From assembly GCA_963667035.1 (NCBI GenBank), contig OY762964.1:2112001-2176000 (forward strand): a stretch of 64,000 nt of DNA. Reading direction: 5' to 3'. The translations under genes and the position numbers were made by a program. This DNA is from Candidatus Cloacimonadales bacterium. Lineage in GTDB: Bacteria > Cloacimonadota > Cloacimonadia > Cloacimonadales > JAFGVF01. The notes beneath the pieces were generated by a model. The model did not search any database. It had not been told where the DNA came from and saw nothing but the letters and a program-made list of their open reading frames with translations. Each line of letters opens with the position of its first letter. The stretch's first letter is position 1. This document shows positions 1 to 10,100 of the stretch, in pieces.

Positions 1-10
1 GAGTAAGTTA

Positions 11-1351
11 ATGGTTAGTGTATCGGGGATTAGAGGTATTTTCGGAGATACACTTACTCCTGACGTTGTAATGAAGTATGCAGCAAAGTTCGGGATTCTT
101 TGTAATAGAGGTAAGATACTTGTAGGTAGAGATTCCAGAACAACCGGACCAATAGTCTATCACTCTGTTGTTGCAGGACTTCTAAGTGTAGGTTGTGAAG
201 TTGTTAATTTAGGAATAGTATCAACTCCAACTACTTTGTTAGCTGTAGAAGAATCAGATGCTGATGGAGGTCTATCGATAACCGCCTCACATAATCCTGC
301 TCAATGGAATGCTTTGAAATTGGTTGGCGGAAACGGAATGTTTCTATTCCCCGAAAATGCTCAACAGTTTATAAAAGATATTGATACTCCTATAGATTAC
401 TGTAATTGGGATGAAGTTCGTGGCGTTAGCGAAGACTTCGAAGCAACTCAAAGACATATCCACAAAATACTCAGCATTCCTTATCTTGACCTTGAGAAGA
501 TAAGAGCAAGAAAGTTTAAGGTTGTATTGGATTCTGTTAATGGTGCAGGTGGAGTGATTTCACCAACACTGTTAAAAGAACTTGATTGCGAAGTGATTGA
601 ATTGAATACGGAACCAACAGGTCATTTTGCCCACACTCCTGAACCTTTGACAAAGAATCTTACTCAAATTGCGGAAGCTGTTAGAGAACATGGAGCAGAC
701 ATCGGTTTTGCAACAGATCCTGATGTTGATAGACTTGCCATTGTAAATGAAAAAGGCGAATGTATAGGTGAAGAGTTCTCAATTCTATTAGCAGAAAAAT
801 ATATTCTGGCAAAGAATAAAGGTGATATTGTTATTAACTTATCATCTTCCATGGCTTCTGAAGATATTGCTAAAGACTTTGGAGTAACTGTTCATAGAAC
901 CAAAGTAGGAGAAATCAACGTCGGCAAGAAAATGAAAGAGATTAAAAGCCCTGTCGGTGGAGAAGGCAACGGTGGAGTAATTGTACCTAAAGTTCACTAT
1001 ACAAGAGATGCTCCTGCCGGAATGGCTGTAATTCTTGGGTTACTGGCTGAAGACGGAAGAAAACTATCAGAGATTGTTTCCGAGATTCCTCATTATTACT
1101 TTGCTAAAGGTAAGATTGAGATTCCTGCTGACAAACTTGATCCGGTTATGCAGAATGCGGAAAAAGTCTATGCGGAATATGAAAAAGATACTCAAGACGG
1201 ACTGAAAATTATCGGTGATAAGTTCTGGATTCACATAAGAAAATCCGGTACTGAACCTATCATCAGAGTTTATGTCGAGAGCGAGACAGAGGAGAAATCA
1301 AACCTTATCTGCAAAGAAGCAATTGATAAAATTACTAATGGTATAGTATAG
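11..1351 (+). CDS. glmM: Phosphohexomutase (phosphoglucosamine mutase/PMM-PGM family)
   Basis: Phosphoserine motif TASHNP, metal loop DPDVDR, sugar-binding GGEGNG and RKSGTEP. Exact substrate is not resolvable; the start may lie at or just before the window edge. Confidence 0.8.
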   Translation: MVSVSGIRGIFGDTLTPDVVMKYAAKFGILCNRGKILVGRDSRTTGPIVYHSVVAGLLSVGCEVVNLGIVSTPTTLLAVEESDADGGLSITASHNPAQWNALKLVGGNGMFLFPENAQQFIKDIDTPIDYCNWDEVRGVSEDFEATQRHIHKILSIPYLDLEKIRARKFKVVLDSVNGAGGVISPTLLKELDCEVIELNTEPTGHFAHTPEPLTKNLTQIAEAVREHGADIGFATDPDVDRLAIVNEKGECIGEEFSILLAEKYILAKNKGDIVINLSSSMASEDIAKDFGVTVHRTKVGEINVGKKMKEIKSPVGGEGNGGVIVPKVHYTRDAPAGMAVILGLLAEDGRKLSEIVSEIPHYYFAKGKIEIPADKLDPVMQNAEKVYAEYEKDTQDGLKIIGDKFWIHIRKSGTEPIIRVYVESETEEKSNLICKEAIDKITNGIV

Positions 1352-1362
1352 ATTGTTCATAG

Positions 1363-1398
1363 AGCTACCTGAACCGGATGGTTTCAGGTAGCCTTTTA
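1363..1398 (+). terminator. Intrinsic terminator after the mutase gene
   Basis: Stem GCTACCTGAA / TTCAGGTAGC followed by CTTTT. Confidence 0.8.
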
Positions 1399-1544
1399 TT
1401 GTCATACTGAGCAAGTGAATCCAAGCATCATTTGTAAGTTTCGCTTTGCGTCGTACTTGTGGAATCATATTGATGCAAGCTTAGGAGCTCCTCCCAAGGA
1501 TCGTCGATTCAGTCACCCGTCCAAAGAAATTGCAAGAGGTAAAC

Positions 1545-2618
1545 ATGCATATATTTAGATCCGATCTCAAGGATAAGAAACCTGTTAATGTGAACGTACC
1601 ACATAAAGAAATAATGATGTGCTTGAATGAGAGTACATTTAATCCCTTCAAAGAGCTAAAAGATGAGTTTATTAGGAATCTTGAGCAAGTTGAACTGAAC
1701 AGATACTATCAACCTGTTACCGAATCATTAACAAATGAGTTAGTTAGTTATGTCGGTCATGATTTGAAAGCCGAGAATCTTTTCTGGGGCAACGGTGCCG
1801 ATGAGATGCTTTACTATATATTTGTGGCGGTTAGAGAAGATAAAGAGTCGTTTGCATTATCCTTGTCTCCCTCCTATTTCGACTATAAAAGCTATTCGGG
1901 AGCAGTAGGACTAGATATTAAGTTTCTGACTCTTACTAAAACTTTTGACTTTGATGAAAATGCTTTTATTGAAACAATGAGAGATGATAATTGTAAATTA
2001 GGTATTTTGTGTAATCCGAACAACCCGACAGGGAATACTTTCTCCCTTGATAAGATTCATAGAGTTATCCAGTCAACAGATAAACCTATAATCGTAGATG
2101 AAACGTACTTTGAGTTTTCTAATATCACACTAGCCGATTATATCAACAAATATCCTAATCTGTTAATAGTAAGATCTTTCTCCAAAGCCTTTTCAGGAGC
2201 AGGATTAAGATTTGGTTATATGCTTTCAAATAAATACAATATAGAACAGATACGAAAAGTCCAGACTGTGTTTAATAGTAGTCTACTTATACAGACTATG
2301 GTCTTAACAATGCTTGAGAACAAAGAGATTATGCTTGGACATACTGAGAATGTGATTAAGCAAAGGAACTCAATGCTAGAGGTGATGAGCTCAATAGAAG
2401 GTGTAATCGTTTATAAATCTGCAACAAACTTTCTAACCTTTACACTGGGAGAACTCACTCAAGAATTCTTCCTTTATCTACAGGATAGAGAGATTGCAAT
2501 ACGTGATGTTGGTGCTCATCCGGTACTCAAGAACTGTTTGAGAGTTACCGTTAGCTCTGAAGAACACAATAAACTGTTTATTGATTACTTGAAAGAATAT
2601 ATGGAGTTAATGAAATGA
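1545..2618 (+). CDS. hisC: Histidinol-phosphate aminotransferase family PLP enzyme
   Basis: LNES, GNGADE, NPNNPTG, DETY and RSFSKAFSGAGLRFGY motifs. Start moved to ATG 1545, behind a GAGGT RBS. Confidence 0.8.
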   Translation: MHIFRSDLKDKKPVNVNVPHKEIMMCLNESTFNPFKELKDEFIRNLEQVELNRYYQPVTESLTNELVSYVGHDLKAENLFWGNGADEMLYYIFVAVREDKESFALSLSPSYFDYKSYSGAVGLDIKFLTLTKTFDFDENAFIETMRDDNCKLGILCNPNNPTGNTFSLDKIHRVIQSTDKPIIVDETYFEFSNITLADYINKYPNLLIVRSFSKAFSGAGLRFGYMLSNKYNIEQIRKVQTVFNSSLLIQTMVLTMLENKEIMLGHTENVIKQRNSMLEVMSSIEGVIVYKSATNFLTFTLGELTQEFFLYLQDREIAIRDVGAHPVLKNCLRVTVSSEEHNKLFIDYLKEYMELMK

Positions 2619-3379
2619 AAGAAAGAATAGAGAAGATAATACTCGATGCCGGAGAGATAATAAAAGATAACTTTTATCTTGAAAAGAATGTGACAACTAA
2701 ATCAACCGGGATTGACCTTGTTACCGATATTGATAAGAAAGTTGAATTATATTTAAAAGATAAACTCTCGGAAGTAATTCCCGACTCTGCTTTTTGGGCT
2801 GAAGAGACTGACAATAAATTCACGGAAGCCAAGTATCTTTGGATAATCGACCCGATCGACGGTACAACAAACTTTGTGCATAAATTCCCGTTTGTTGCCA
2901 TATCTGTTGCTCTCCGGATAGATAACATTACTCGAATGGGTTTTGTCTATAATCCTATCATGAATGAGTTTTTCTATGCGGAAAAAGGTGGAGGAGCTTT
3001 CCTTAATGGTAGTAGAATCCATGTTGCAAAAGAAACAAGTTTAAAAGCTTCATTAATGGCAACAGGATTCCCTTATGATTATGATGCCACACCTAACAAT
3101 ATGAGACACTTCGATGCTATGATGGAACAAGTACAAGGAATAAGAAGACCAGGATCAGCTGCTCTTGATTTGTGTCATACTGCTAACGGAGTCTTTAATG
3201 GATATTGGGAATTTCATTTGCAACCTTGGGATATGGCAGCAGGTATTTTAATAGTGGAAGAAGCAGGTGGTATAGTTCTTAATACGGAAGGTAAAAACCA
3301 TACTCTTACAGATAAAGGATTAATCTGTGGTAACAAACAAATAGTAGATAATATGCTCTCAGTATTCTCAGGAATATAG
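2615..3379 (+). CDS. suhB: Inositol monophosphatase family protein
   Basis: DLVTxxD, WIIDPIDGT, GSAALDLC and WDMAAG motifs. 4-nt ATGA overlap with hisC. Confidence 0.85.
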   Translation: MKERIEKIILDAGEIIKDNFYLEKNVTTKSTGIDLVTDIDKKVELYLKDKLSEVIPDSAFWAEETDNKFTEAKYLWIIDPIDGTTNFVHKFPFVAISVALRIDNITRMGFVYNPIMNEFFYAEKGGGAFLNGSRIHVAKETSLKASLMATGFPYDYDATPNNMRHFDAMMEQVQGIRRPGSAALDLCHTANGVFNGYWEFHLQPWDMAAGILIVEEAGGIVLNTEGKNHTLTDKGLICGNKQIVDNMLSVFSGI

Positions 3380-3433
3380 AACGATAAGAAACAAAAAGAC
3401 AATAGGGATTATACTCAAATTGTTTCTGAGAAA

Positions 3434-4336
3434 CTACCATTCCCCTACTAGTCGTAGTTCTCTTTCCAAAGTTACACCAAATTGCTTTAGAACTGTAGCT
3501 TGTGTAAACTTTATTAGGTTTACCACGTCTTCTGCTGTCGCATTATCCTGATTAACAATGAAACCACAATGTTTATCCGATACTCTTGCTCCACCAATCT
3601 GATGCCCTCTTAAACCACAATCATCAACAAGCTTGCCAGTGAAAAAACCTTCAGGACGTTTAAAAACACTTCCTGCACTTGGTAACACCATTGGCTGTTT
3701 AAGCCAACGTTGCTCTTTTAGCTGCTCCATCTGATTGGATATGTCTTCAAAATTACCTTTAGCCAACTTGAAAGTAGCACTTAAAACTATGTAGTTATCA
3801 GTCTGAATGAGACTATGTCTATAATCGAATTGCATCTCATGAAGTGATTTTTCTATCAAGATACCTTGTAAATTCATAAGCAAAGCTTTCTCAAAGCAGT
3901 CCTTTATTTCTCCACCATAGGCACCCGCATTCATTGTCACTGCACCTCCGACTGAACCCGGTATACCGTAAGCAAATTCAAGTCCGGTTAAGCTTAACTG
4001 CTTTGCTCTTATAGTTAAATCCTCTAGCAATACTCCACTTTCTGCAGTAAGTCTGTTGTCTTCATAACTTATACTATTAAGCTTCGTCATATCCAGAACA
4101 ATACCTCTAATTCCTTTATCACTAACAAGAATGTTAGAGCCGTTCCCAAGAATGAAGTAGGGTAGTTCATTTTGCTGAATAAAGCGAAATAGTTTAGTGA
4201 ACTCCTCAATAGATTGGGGAATTATAAAAAGGTCAGCCGGGCCACCTATTTTAAAGGATGTATGATTCTTTAACAATTCGTTTTCAATGATTGTGGAGTC
4301 AGGGAATTCGGAAATTAGTTTTAGGTAATTATTCAT
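3434..4336 (-). CDS. murB: UDP-N-acetylenolpyruvoylglucosamine reductase
   Basis: HTSFKIGGPA, LGNGSN, MNAGAYG, SAGSVFKRP and KHCGFIVN motifs. Likely ATG at 4336 overlaps the dinG stop. Confidence 0.93.
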   Translation of the reverse strand: MNNYLKLISEFPDSTIIENELLKNHTSFKIGGPADLFIIPQSIEEFTKLFRFIQQNELPYFILGNGSNILVSDKGIRGIVLDMTKLNSISYEDNRLTAESGVLLEDLTIRAKQLSLTGLEFAYGIPGSVGGAVTMNAGAYGGEIKDCFEKALLMNLQGILIEKSLHEMQFDYRHSLIQTDNYIVLSATFKLAKGNFEDISNQMEQLKEQRWLKQPMVLPSAGSVFKRPEGFFTGKLVDDCGLRGHQIGGARVSDKHCGFIVNQDNATAEDVVNLIKFTQATVLKQFGVTLERELRLVGEW

Positions 4337-7184
4337 CTTCGTATAGTGGTTTTTTAAGAAAAGGTAGAACCTGAGCTTGTAATTCTCCAATTGAATGAGT
4401 ATCTACAGCGGGAATCGGAAGTACTTCCTTAAAATACTTTCCGTATCTCTTCGTATTTACTCGGTTATCAAGAATGATAATAACACCTCTATCCCTTTTT
4501 GAACGTATAAGACGACCAAATCCCTGTCTTAGCTTAAGAAGAGCATTGGGGACCATGTAGTGCATAAACGAGTTTTTACCTTCAGCTTCCAGCATCTCAA
4601 TATATGCTTCTACAATCGGATCAGAAGGCACCTGGAAAGGTAATTTGTTCAGTATTAACAGTTCAAGTGATTTACCGGGAACATCCACTCCTTCCCAGAA
4701 AGAGCTTGTCCCTAAAAGAATAGCTTGCCCATGCTTTTTAAATTCATTAAGTAAAACTGTTCTGTTGCCACTCTTTCCTTGAGCCAGAATGCTTAATCCT
4801 TGCTTGGCAAAATCTTCTGCAATGGCTTCATAAGTATTATTCAAATCCTTGAATGAAGTGTATAAAATAAGAGTTCCTACTTTTGCAGTAGGGAGTAAAT
4901 CCTCTAATAATCTAAGTGTTTGATTATGGAACAGGTTATCCTGAGGAGCAGGAAGAAAACCTGTTGTTATTAACTTTGCTTGTTTATTATAATCAAAAGG
5001 AGATTCTACAACTGTCTCGATAGCTTTTTCATCAGGTAACAGGTTTATTCCCATTCGATTGCGGAAATACTTAAAACTCCCTCTTAAAGCTAATGTTGCA
5101 GATGTAAAGACAATAGTATCGACTCTGTTGTATAGAATTTCGTTAAGTACTGAGCTAACATTCAAAGGAGCGTAATTGAGTGTCACCTGATAAGCTTTAT
5201 TCTCAATTCCCGGTTTTCCTTCCAACCATAGAGCATGATTTTCAAGACCTTTATCAATCAACTCATCAATTTCTTTCCTAACTTCAGATATTCTCTTATC
5301 CATACCTTCAAGTTGATTCATGTGCTCTTCAAGATTTGCCATTATCTTTTCGCTAATGGTCGATAGCGTATGATGAATTGAACCAAGCTTTTGGCTGACA
5401 GCAGTCCAGAATTTAGAAATCTCACTTAGACCTGAGACAAGCTTCTCAATATCATCATCCGTTTTTAGACGTAGCTTATTCCAATCTCCTCTTTCTTCCA
5501 GTTCCTTAGCTAAATCCTCAAAGAAGTCGGTTGTAAAATCCAATTTTAACTTTAGCTCGGTTGTTAAAGCTGAAATGGCTTTGGTCAGTACCTCTTTATA
5601 GGATTTATCCATATTACTGTTTTCAATATCTTTATGCAGTCCGGTTAGAATCCCTGATTCATGCTTCTGACTCTTAAAATAGAGAGCATTGTTTAATCCC
5701 GTGAAATCAGAATAGTTTAACTGGAATCCCATGTGCTTCGACGCAATATCAGGAAGATTATGTGCTTCATCACAAATCAGGCAGTTATAGTCACCTAACG
5801 TAGCACTTTCATTACTTAAATCCGCTAACATTAGAGAGTGGTTAATTATAATCAGATTTGCGTCTTTCAGCTTCTCTCTTACCTGCATATAGTGGCAATT
5901 CTTATAATGGGAGCAACGCTTACCTGAACATATATATCTATCAGCTAATAGTTTCTTCCACAATCCACTAAACCTATTCTTATCAAATGAACTGTTCTCA
6001 GATACATCACCGGTAGTTGTGAACTCTTTCCAGATCACTAGATAGAGTAAACCTTGTAATTCATAAGGACTACTGATATCAGCAAGATTAAAAGTAACAT
6101 TATCCCAATAACGATTACAAATATAATTATCTCTTCCTTTGACTAGTCCTGCTGTAAAAGGTATTGGTAATATCTCTTTCAGGACCGGAATGTCTTTGAA
6201 GAAAAGCTGCTCCTGTAGGTTCTTAGTATTTGTAGAAATGACTACTCTTTCTTTATTCTCATAGCTATACTTAATTGCAGGTATAAGATATGCAATGGAT
6301 TTTCCAACTCCGGTTCCCGCTTCAACAAGAAGATGCTTCTTGTCCTGTAAAGACTTCTCGACCGCAACCGACATTGCAATCTGTCCGTTTCTCTTTTCAT
6401 AATTTGGAAACTTCTTGCTGAAGAAAGAGTCCTCTTCAAAAAGTCTCTCAATATCATAAGAATTAGGAGCTTGTGTATTATGTTCAATGAAATTACCAAT
6501 CCCTTTCATGGGAGGAAGTGGTCTCTTCGTTTGTAGTAGGGCATACTTTCTTTGATAACTAACTACTTTTTCAAGAAATACAGCCAGAGAAGTGTCTATA
6601 TCAATGCTTCGAGCAATTGTAAGAAGATTGCTGTTGAGACGAATATCAATGTATCTATCAATATACTCTAAGAGCTTAATGAAAACCTTAGCTGTAGTAT
6701 CCGCATCATGAATGGCTCTATGAGCCAAAGGATTAACAACATTAAAATACTCTGCTACGGTACCAAGCTTATGATTGGGCTCGAACGGAAGATAAATCCT
6801 TGTTAACTCAAGTGTATCAAACACATGATTTGTAGGTGGTATTATAGCGTTAAGCATCATGTGATGAGTAACAAAAGGCAGGTCAAAATTTGAGTTATGA
6901 GCAATAAGATAATCATCACCAATAAACTCTCTAAATGCTTCCAATACTTCTGCAACAGGTTTTCCTGATTCTATCTCTTCATCAGTTATATGTGTTAACT
7001 GTTTTATAAAAAAGGGTACTTTTTCTTTTGGCTTGATAAACTCTGAAAATCTTCCTACTTCTATTCCGGCAGAGTATTTAACTGCTCCAATTTCAATAAT
7101 CTCACATGTTTCTTTGTTTAAACCTGTTGTTTCAATATCAAAAGATACGAAATCTATATTAGTAATTTTTGTGTCTTCTTTCAA
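4329..7184 (-). CDS. dinG: DnaQ-like 3'-5' exonuclease fused to DinG family helicase
   Basis: DEDDh motifs DIETTG, AHNSNFD and HRAIHD. Helicase motifs EAGTGVGKS, DEAH, FWEGVD and QGFGRLIR. Four Cys compatible with an Fe-S cluster. Confidence 0.92.
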   Translation of the reverse strand: MKEDTKITNIDFVSFDIETTGLNKETCEIIEIGAVKYSAGIEVGRFSEFIKPKEKVPFFIKQLTHITDEEIESGKPVAEVLEAFREFIGDDYLIAHNSNFDLPFVTHHMMLNAIIPPTNHVFDTLELTRIYLPFEPNHKLGTVAEYFNVVNPLAHRAIHDADTTAKVFIKLLEYIDRYIDIRLNSNLLTIARSIDIDTSLAVFLEKVVSYQRKYALLQTKRPLPPMKGIGNFIEHNTQAPNSYDIERLFEEDSFFSKKFPNYEKRNGQIAMSVAVEKSLQDKKHLLVEAGTGVGKSIAYLIPAIKYSYENKERVVISTNTKNLQEQLFFKDIPVLKEILPIPFTAGLVKGRDNYICNRYWDNVTFNLADISSPYELQGLLYLVIWKEFTTTGDVSENSSFDKNRFSGLWKKLLADRYICSGKRCSHYKNCHYMQVREKLKDANLIIINHSLMLADLSNESATLGDYNCLICDEAHNLPDIASKHMGFQLNYSDFTGLNNALYFKSQKHESGILTGLHKDIENSNMDKSYKEVLTKAISALTTELKLKLDFTTDFFEDLAKELEERGDWNKLRLKTDDDIEKLVSGLSEISKFWTAVSQKLGSIHHTLSTISEKIMANLEEHMNQLEGMDKRISEVRKEIDELIDKGLENHALWLEGKPGIENKAYQVTLNYAPLNVSSVLNEILYNRVDTIVFTSATLALRGSFKYFRNRMGINLLPDEKAIETVVESPFDYNKQAKLITTGFLPAPQDNLFHNQTLRLLEDLLPTAKVGTLILYTSFKDLNNTYEAIAEDFAKQGLSILAQGKSGNRTVLLNEFKKHGQAILLGTSSFWEGVDVPGKSLELLILNKLPFQVPSDPIVEAYIEMLEAEGKNSFMHYMVPNALLKLRQGFGRLIRSKRDRGVIIILDNRVNTKRYGKYFKEVLPIPAVDTHSIGELQAQVLPFLKKPLYEDE

Positions 7185-7196
7185 ATTCTTCCTCTT

Positions 7197-10100
7197 CTAT
7201 TCCCCATCATCTTCGATGCCATCTTTGAAGAGTTCATATCTTCTCATTTTCTTTATCAAACCTTGTCTACTTAGACCAAGATGTTTTGCAGCTTTTGTCT
7301 GATTCCATTCCGTCACCTCAAGAGCTTCCATAATCATGTTCTTTTCCAGTCTCTCTACAGCTTCTTTAAGACTAACATTTTGAGTTAACATATTTACAGC
7401 TTGAGTGTTTTCTGCAAATCTGAAGATCTCTTCCGAGAAGTCTGACGGTTTGATATAGGATTCATCATCAGCTAAAGTAACAGCTCTTTCTATTTCATTT
7501 TCCAGCTGTCTGACATTACCGGGGAAACTGTAGCTCATAAGATATTTAAGAGCTTCGTCGGTAAATCCCTTTATCTGCTTGTTGATTCTCTTATTGAATT
7601 TATCCAGGAAGTGGATAGCAAGAAGAGGTATATCTGTTGCTCTTTCGCTTAATGCCGGGACTTCAATTTTAATAACATTCAGTCGGTAATACAAATCAAG
7701 TCTGAATTCGCCTTGTTCAACTTTCTTCTTCAAAGATACATTAGTAGCACAAACAACTCTTACATTGACTTTCTCGGTTTTTGTTGAACCGACCCTTTTT
7801 ACTTCTCCTTCTTGGAGAAATCTTAAGAGCTTAGCTTGGGTAGAAAGACTTATATCAGCAATTTCATCAAGGAAAAATGTTCCTCCGTCTGCAATCTCAA
7901 AAAGTCCTTTCTTGTCGTATGCAGCTCCTGTGAAAGAACCTTTAACATGTCCGAATAACTCACTTTCAAGCAAGGTTTCAGGTAGTGCACCGCAATATTG
8001 GGCAACAAAAGCTTTGTTCTTTCTGTTTGAACTATAATGAATAGCTCTGGCAATCAATTCTTTACCTGTACCACTCGGACCTTCCAAAAATACGGTAGTT
8101 GGTGTATCTTTAATTTTTCGAATTATATCGAAGATTGCCATCATCTTCTCATGCTTGCCAATAATGTTAGCAAAAATATTAGAAGAGTTCAGCTCTTCAC
8201 GTATAATCTCATGAGTCTTTTCTAAGTTTGTTGCTCTTATGTTTTCAACACTAACGATAATCTGATTTGTCAAAGCATTTAAGAGATTGTTTATCTGGTC
8301 ATTAAAGTAATAACTTTCATGATTTGAGAAGAGCAAAATCACACCTAGAGATTGGTTTCTCATGTTCATAGGGAAAGTTATAACATGATTGTATTTCTTT
8401 CCTTCCTGTGGTTGTTTAAGACTCAAGCGTTTCTTTTGATTGTATGTTTCAAGAATTAATCGCATAAAGTAATCATACGCTTGGTCCTTGAATGTAAAGT
8501 TTCTGAATAGCTTGTATTCCCAACTCTCAGGCATATTCTCAGCATTATACAAGCAGAGTATACCACCATCGGCTTCTGAGATGTTAATAATCTCATCAAT
8601 AGCTGTGTTAAGGAGAAGGTCAAAGTCGTGAATTTCGTTGAGCATTTCAGAGATTGCATAGAATTTATCTAATATACTCTCCTGATACTTAGCTTCATCA
8701 ACTTTCTTCTTGTATTCTTTATTTATCTTCTCGTATAGTAGGTCATTTTGCTCAAGTATCTTTATTGAACCGAAATTTTTAATTACATTTTTGTTTCTTT
8801 TAAGTATATTTAAGGCTTCTTCAGCTTCGCCCGTCTCTGCCACGATATTAGCTAATTCATAGTTGGCTTCGGCTAATTCATAAATTTTGTTGTGTCTTTC
8901 AAATATCTCGACAGCTTTCTCAAGATGTCCCTTAGCCTTATTCAGATCTTTTCTATCAAGTTTAGCTCTTAGGAACCAAGTATTCCCTATCTCGTATTCA
9001 TTATTAAGCTCTTTTGCTAAATTATAAGACATTTTTAAATAGTAATCCGCACTTTCATGGTTCATTGTAACTATAAAATAAACTGCTTGTTTCTGACATC
9101 CCTCAATGATTTCGTTCTTTGCTTCCAAGGCCTTAAAGTAGTCAAAACTCTCTACCAAATATCTATATGCTTCTTTAAATTTATGCATTTTTGTTAAGGT
9201 CGAGCCAAGGTTACCATAAATTTGAGCTTTAATATACTGATCATTTATCTGTGGAAGAAGTTCAAGTCCCTTAAAGTATAAATCATAGGCGATGTTTAAT
9301 TCACCTCGTTTCTCATAGAGTTCACCGAGGTTTATATAGGAGCGAATCAAACCGTCTACGAAGTCAGTCTCTTCCGATTTACCTATAGCTCTTTCATAAG
9401 TATCGATTGCTTCATTCCATTTACCTTGTTGGAAATAAAGAGCACCAATGTTATTCAGAGTTGCAATAGTATTCCTATGGAAGCTGAAATTGATGGCAGT
9501 CTGTAATGACTTATTATATGCCTCTTCTGCTTTATCAAACTCACTGTTATCCATGTGCGTAACACCAATATTATTATAAATATTGGTTATATTGTACGGA
9601 TCACTAAGAAGTTTCTGAATATTCAAGCCTTGGTATAAGTAATAGATTGATTTTTCTTTATCACCTTTATCGTCCATTAATCCGCCAAGATTGTTATAGC
9701 ATATTGACATTCCGTTAAGGTTGTATCTTGATTTTTCAATTTCCAAACTCTTCAGGAATAAAGCTTCACTCTCTTCCCAGTTTCCGCTTAGCATGGGTAT
9801 AACAGCTAAATTGTTATATATAGCTGCAAGACCGCTTATTACATTTCCTTGCTCAAAATATGACTTTGCATCATTGAAACAATTCTCTGCATGATCCCAG
9901 TCATTCGAGTAGTAATATATCTTACCTCTGGCTTTGTGGCAGTTACCAAGTACGGTATTTCTTATTTTTTCACCTTCTATTTTAAACGCTGCCTGAAGGG
10001 CTTTATCCAATTGAGGCATTGCATTCCCAAAATCTTCTTTCTCAGTGAGAATTTCTGCCTTTAATATCAGCAAATTAGCTTTAAAAGTATTTTCCAATTC

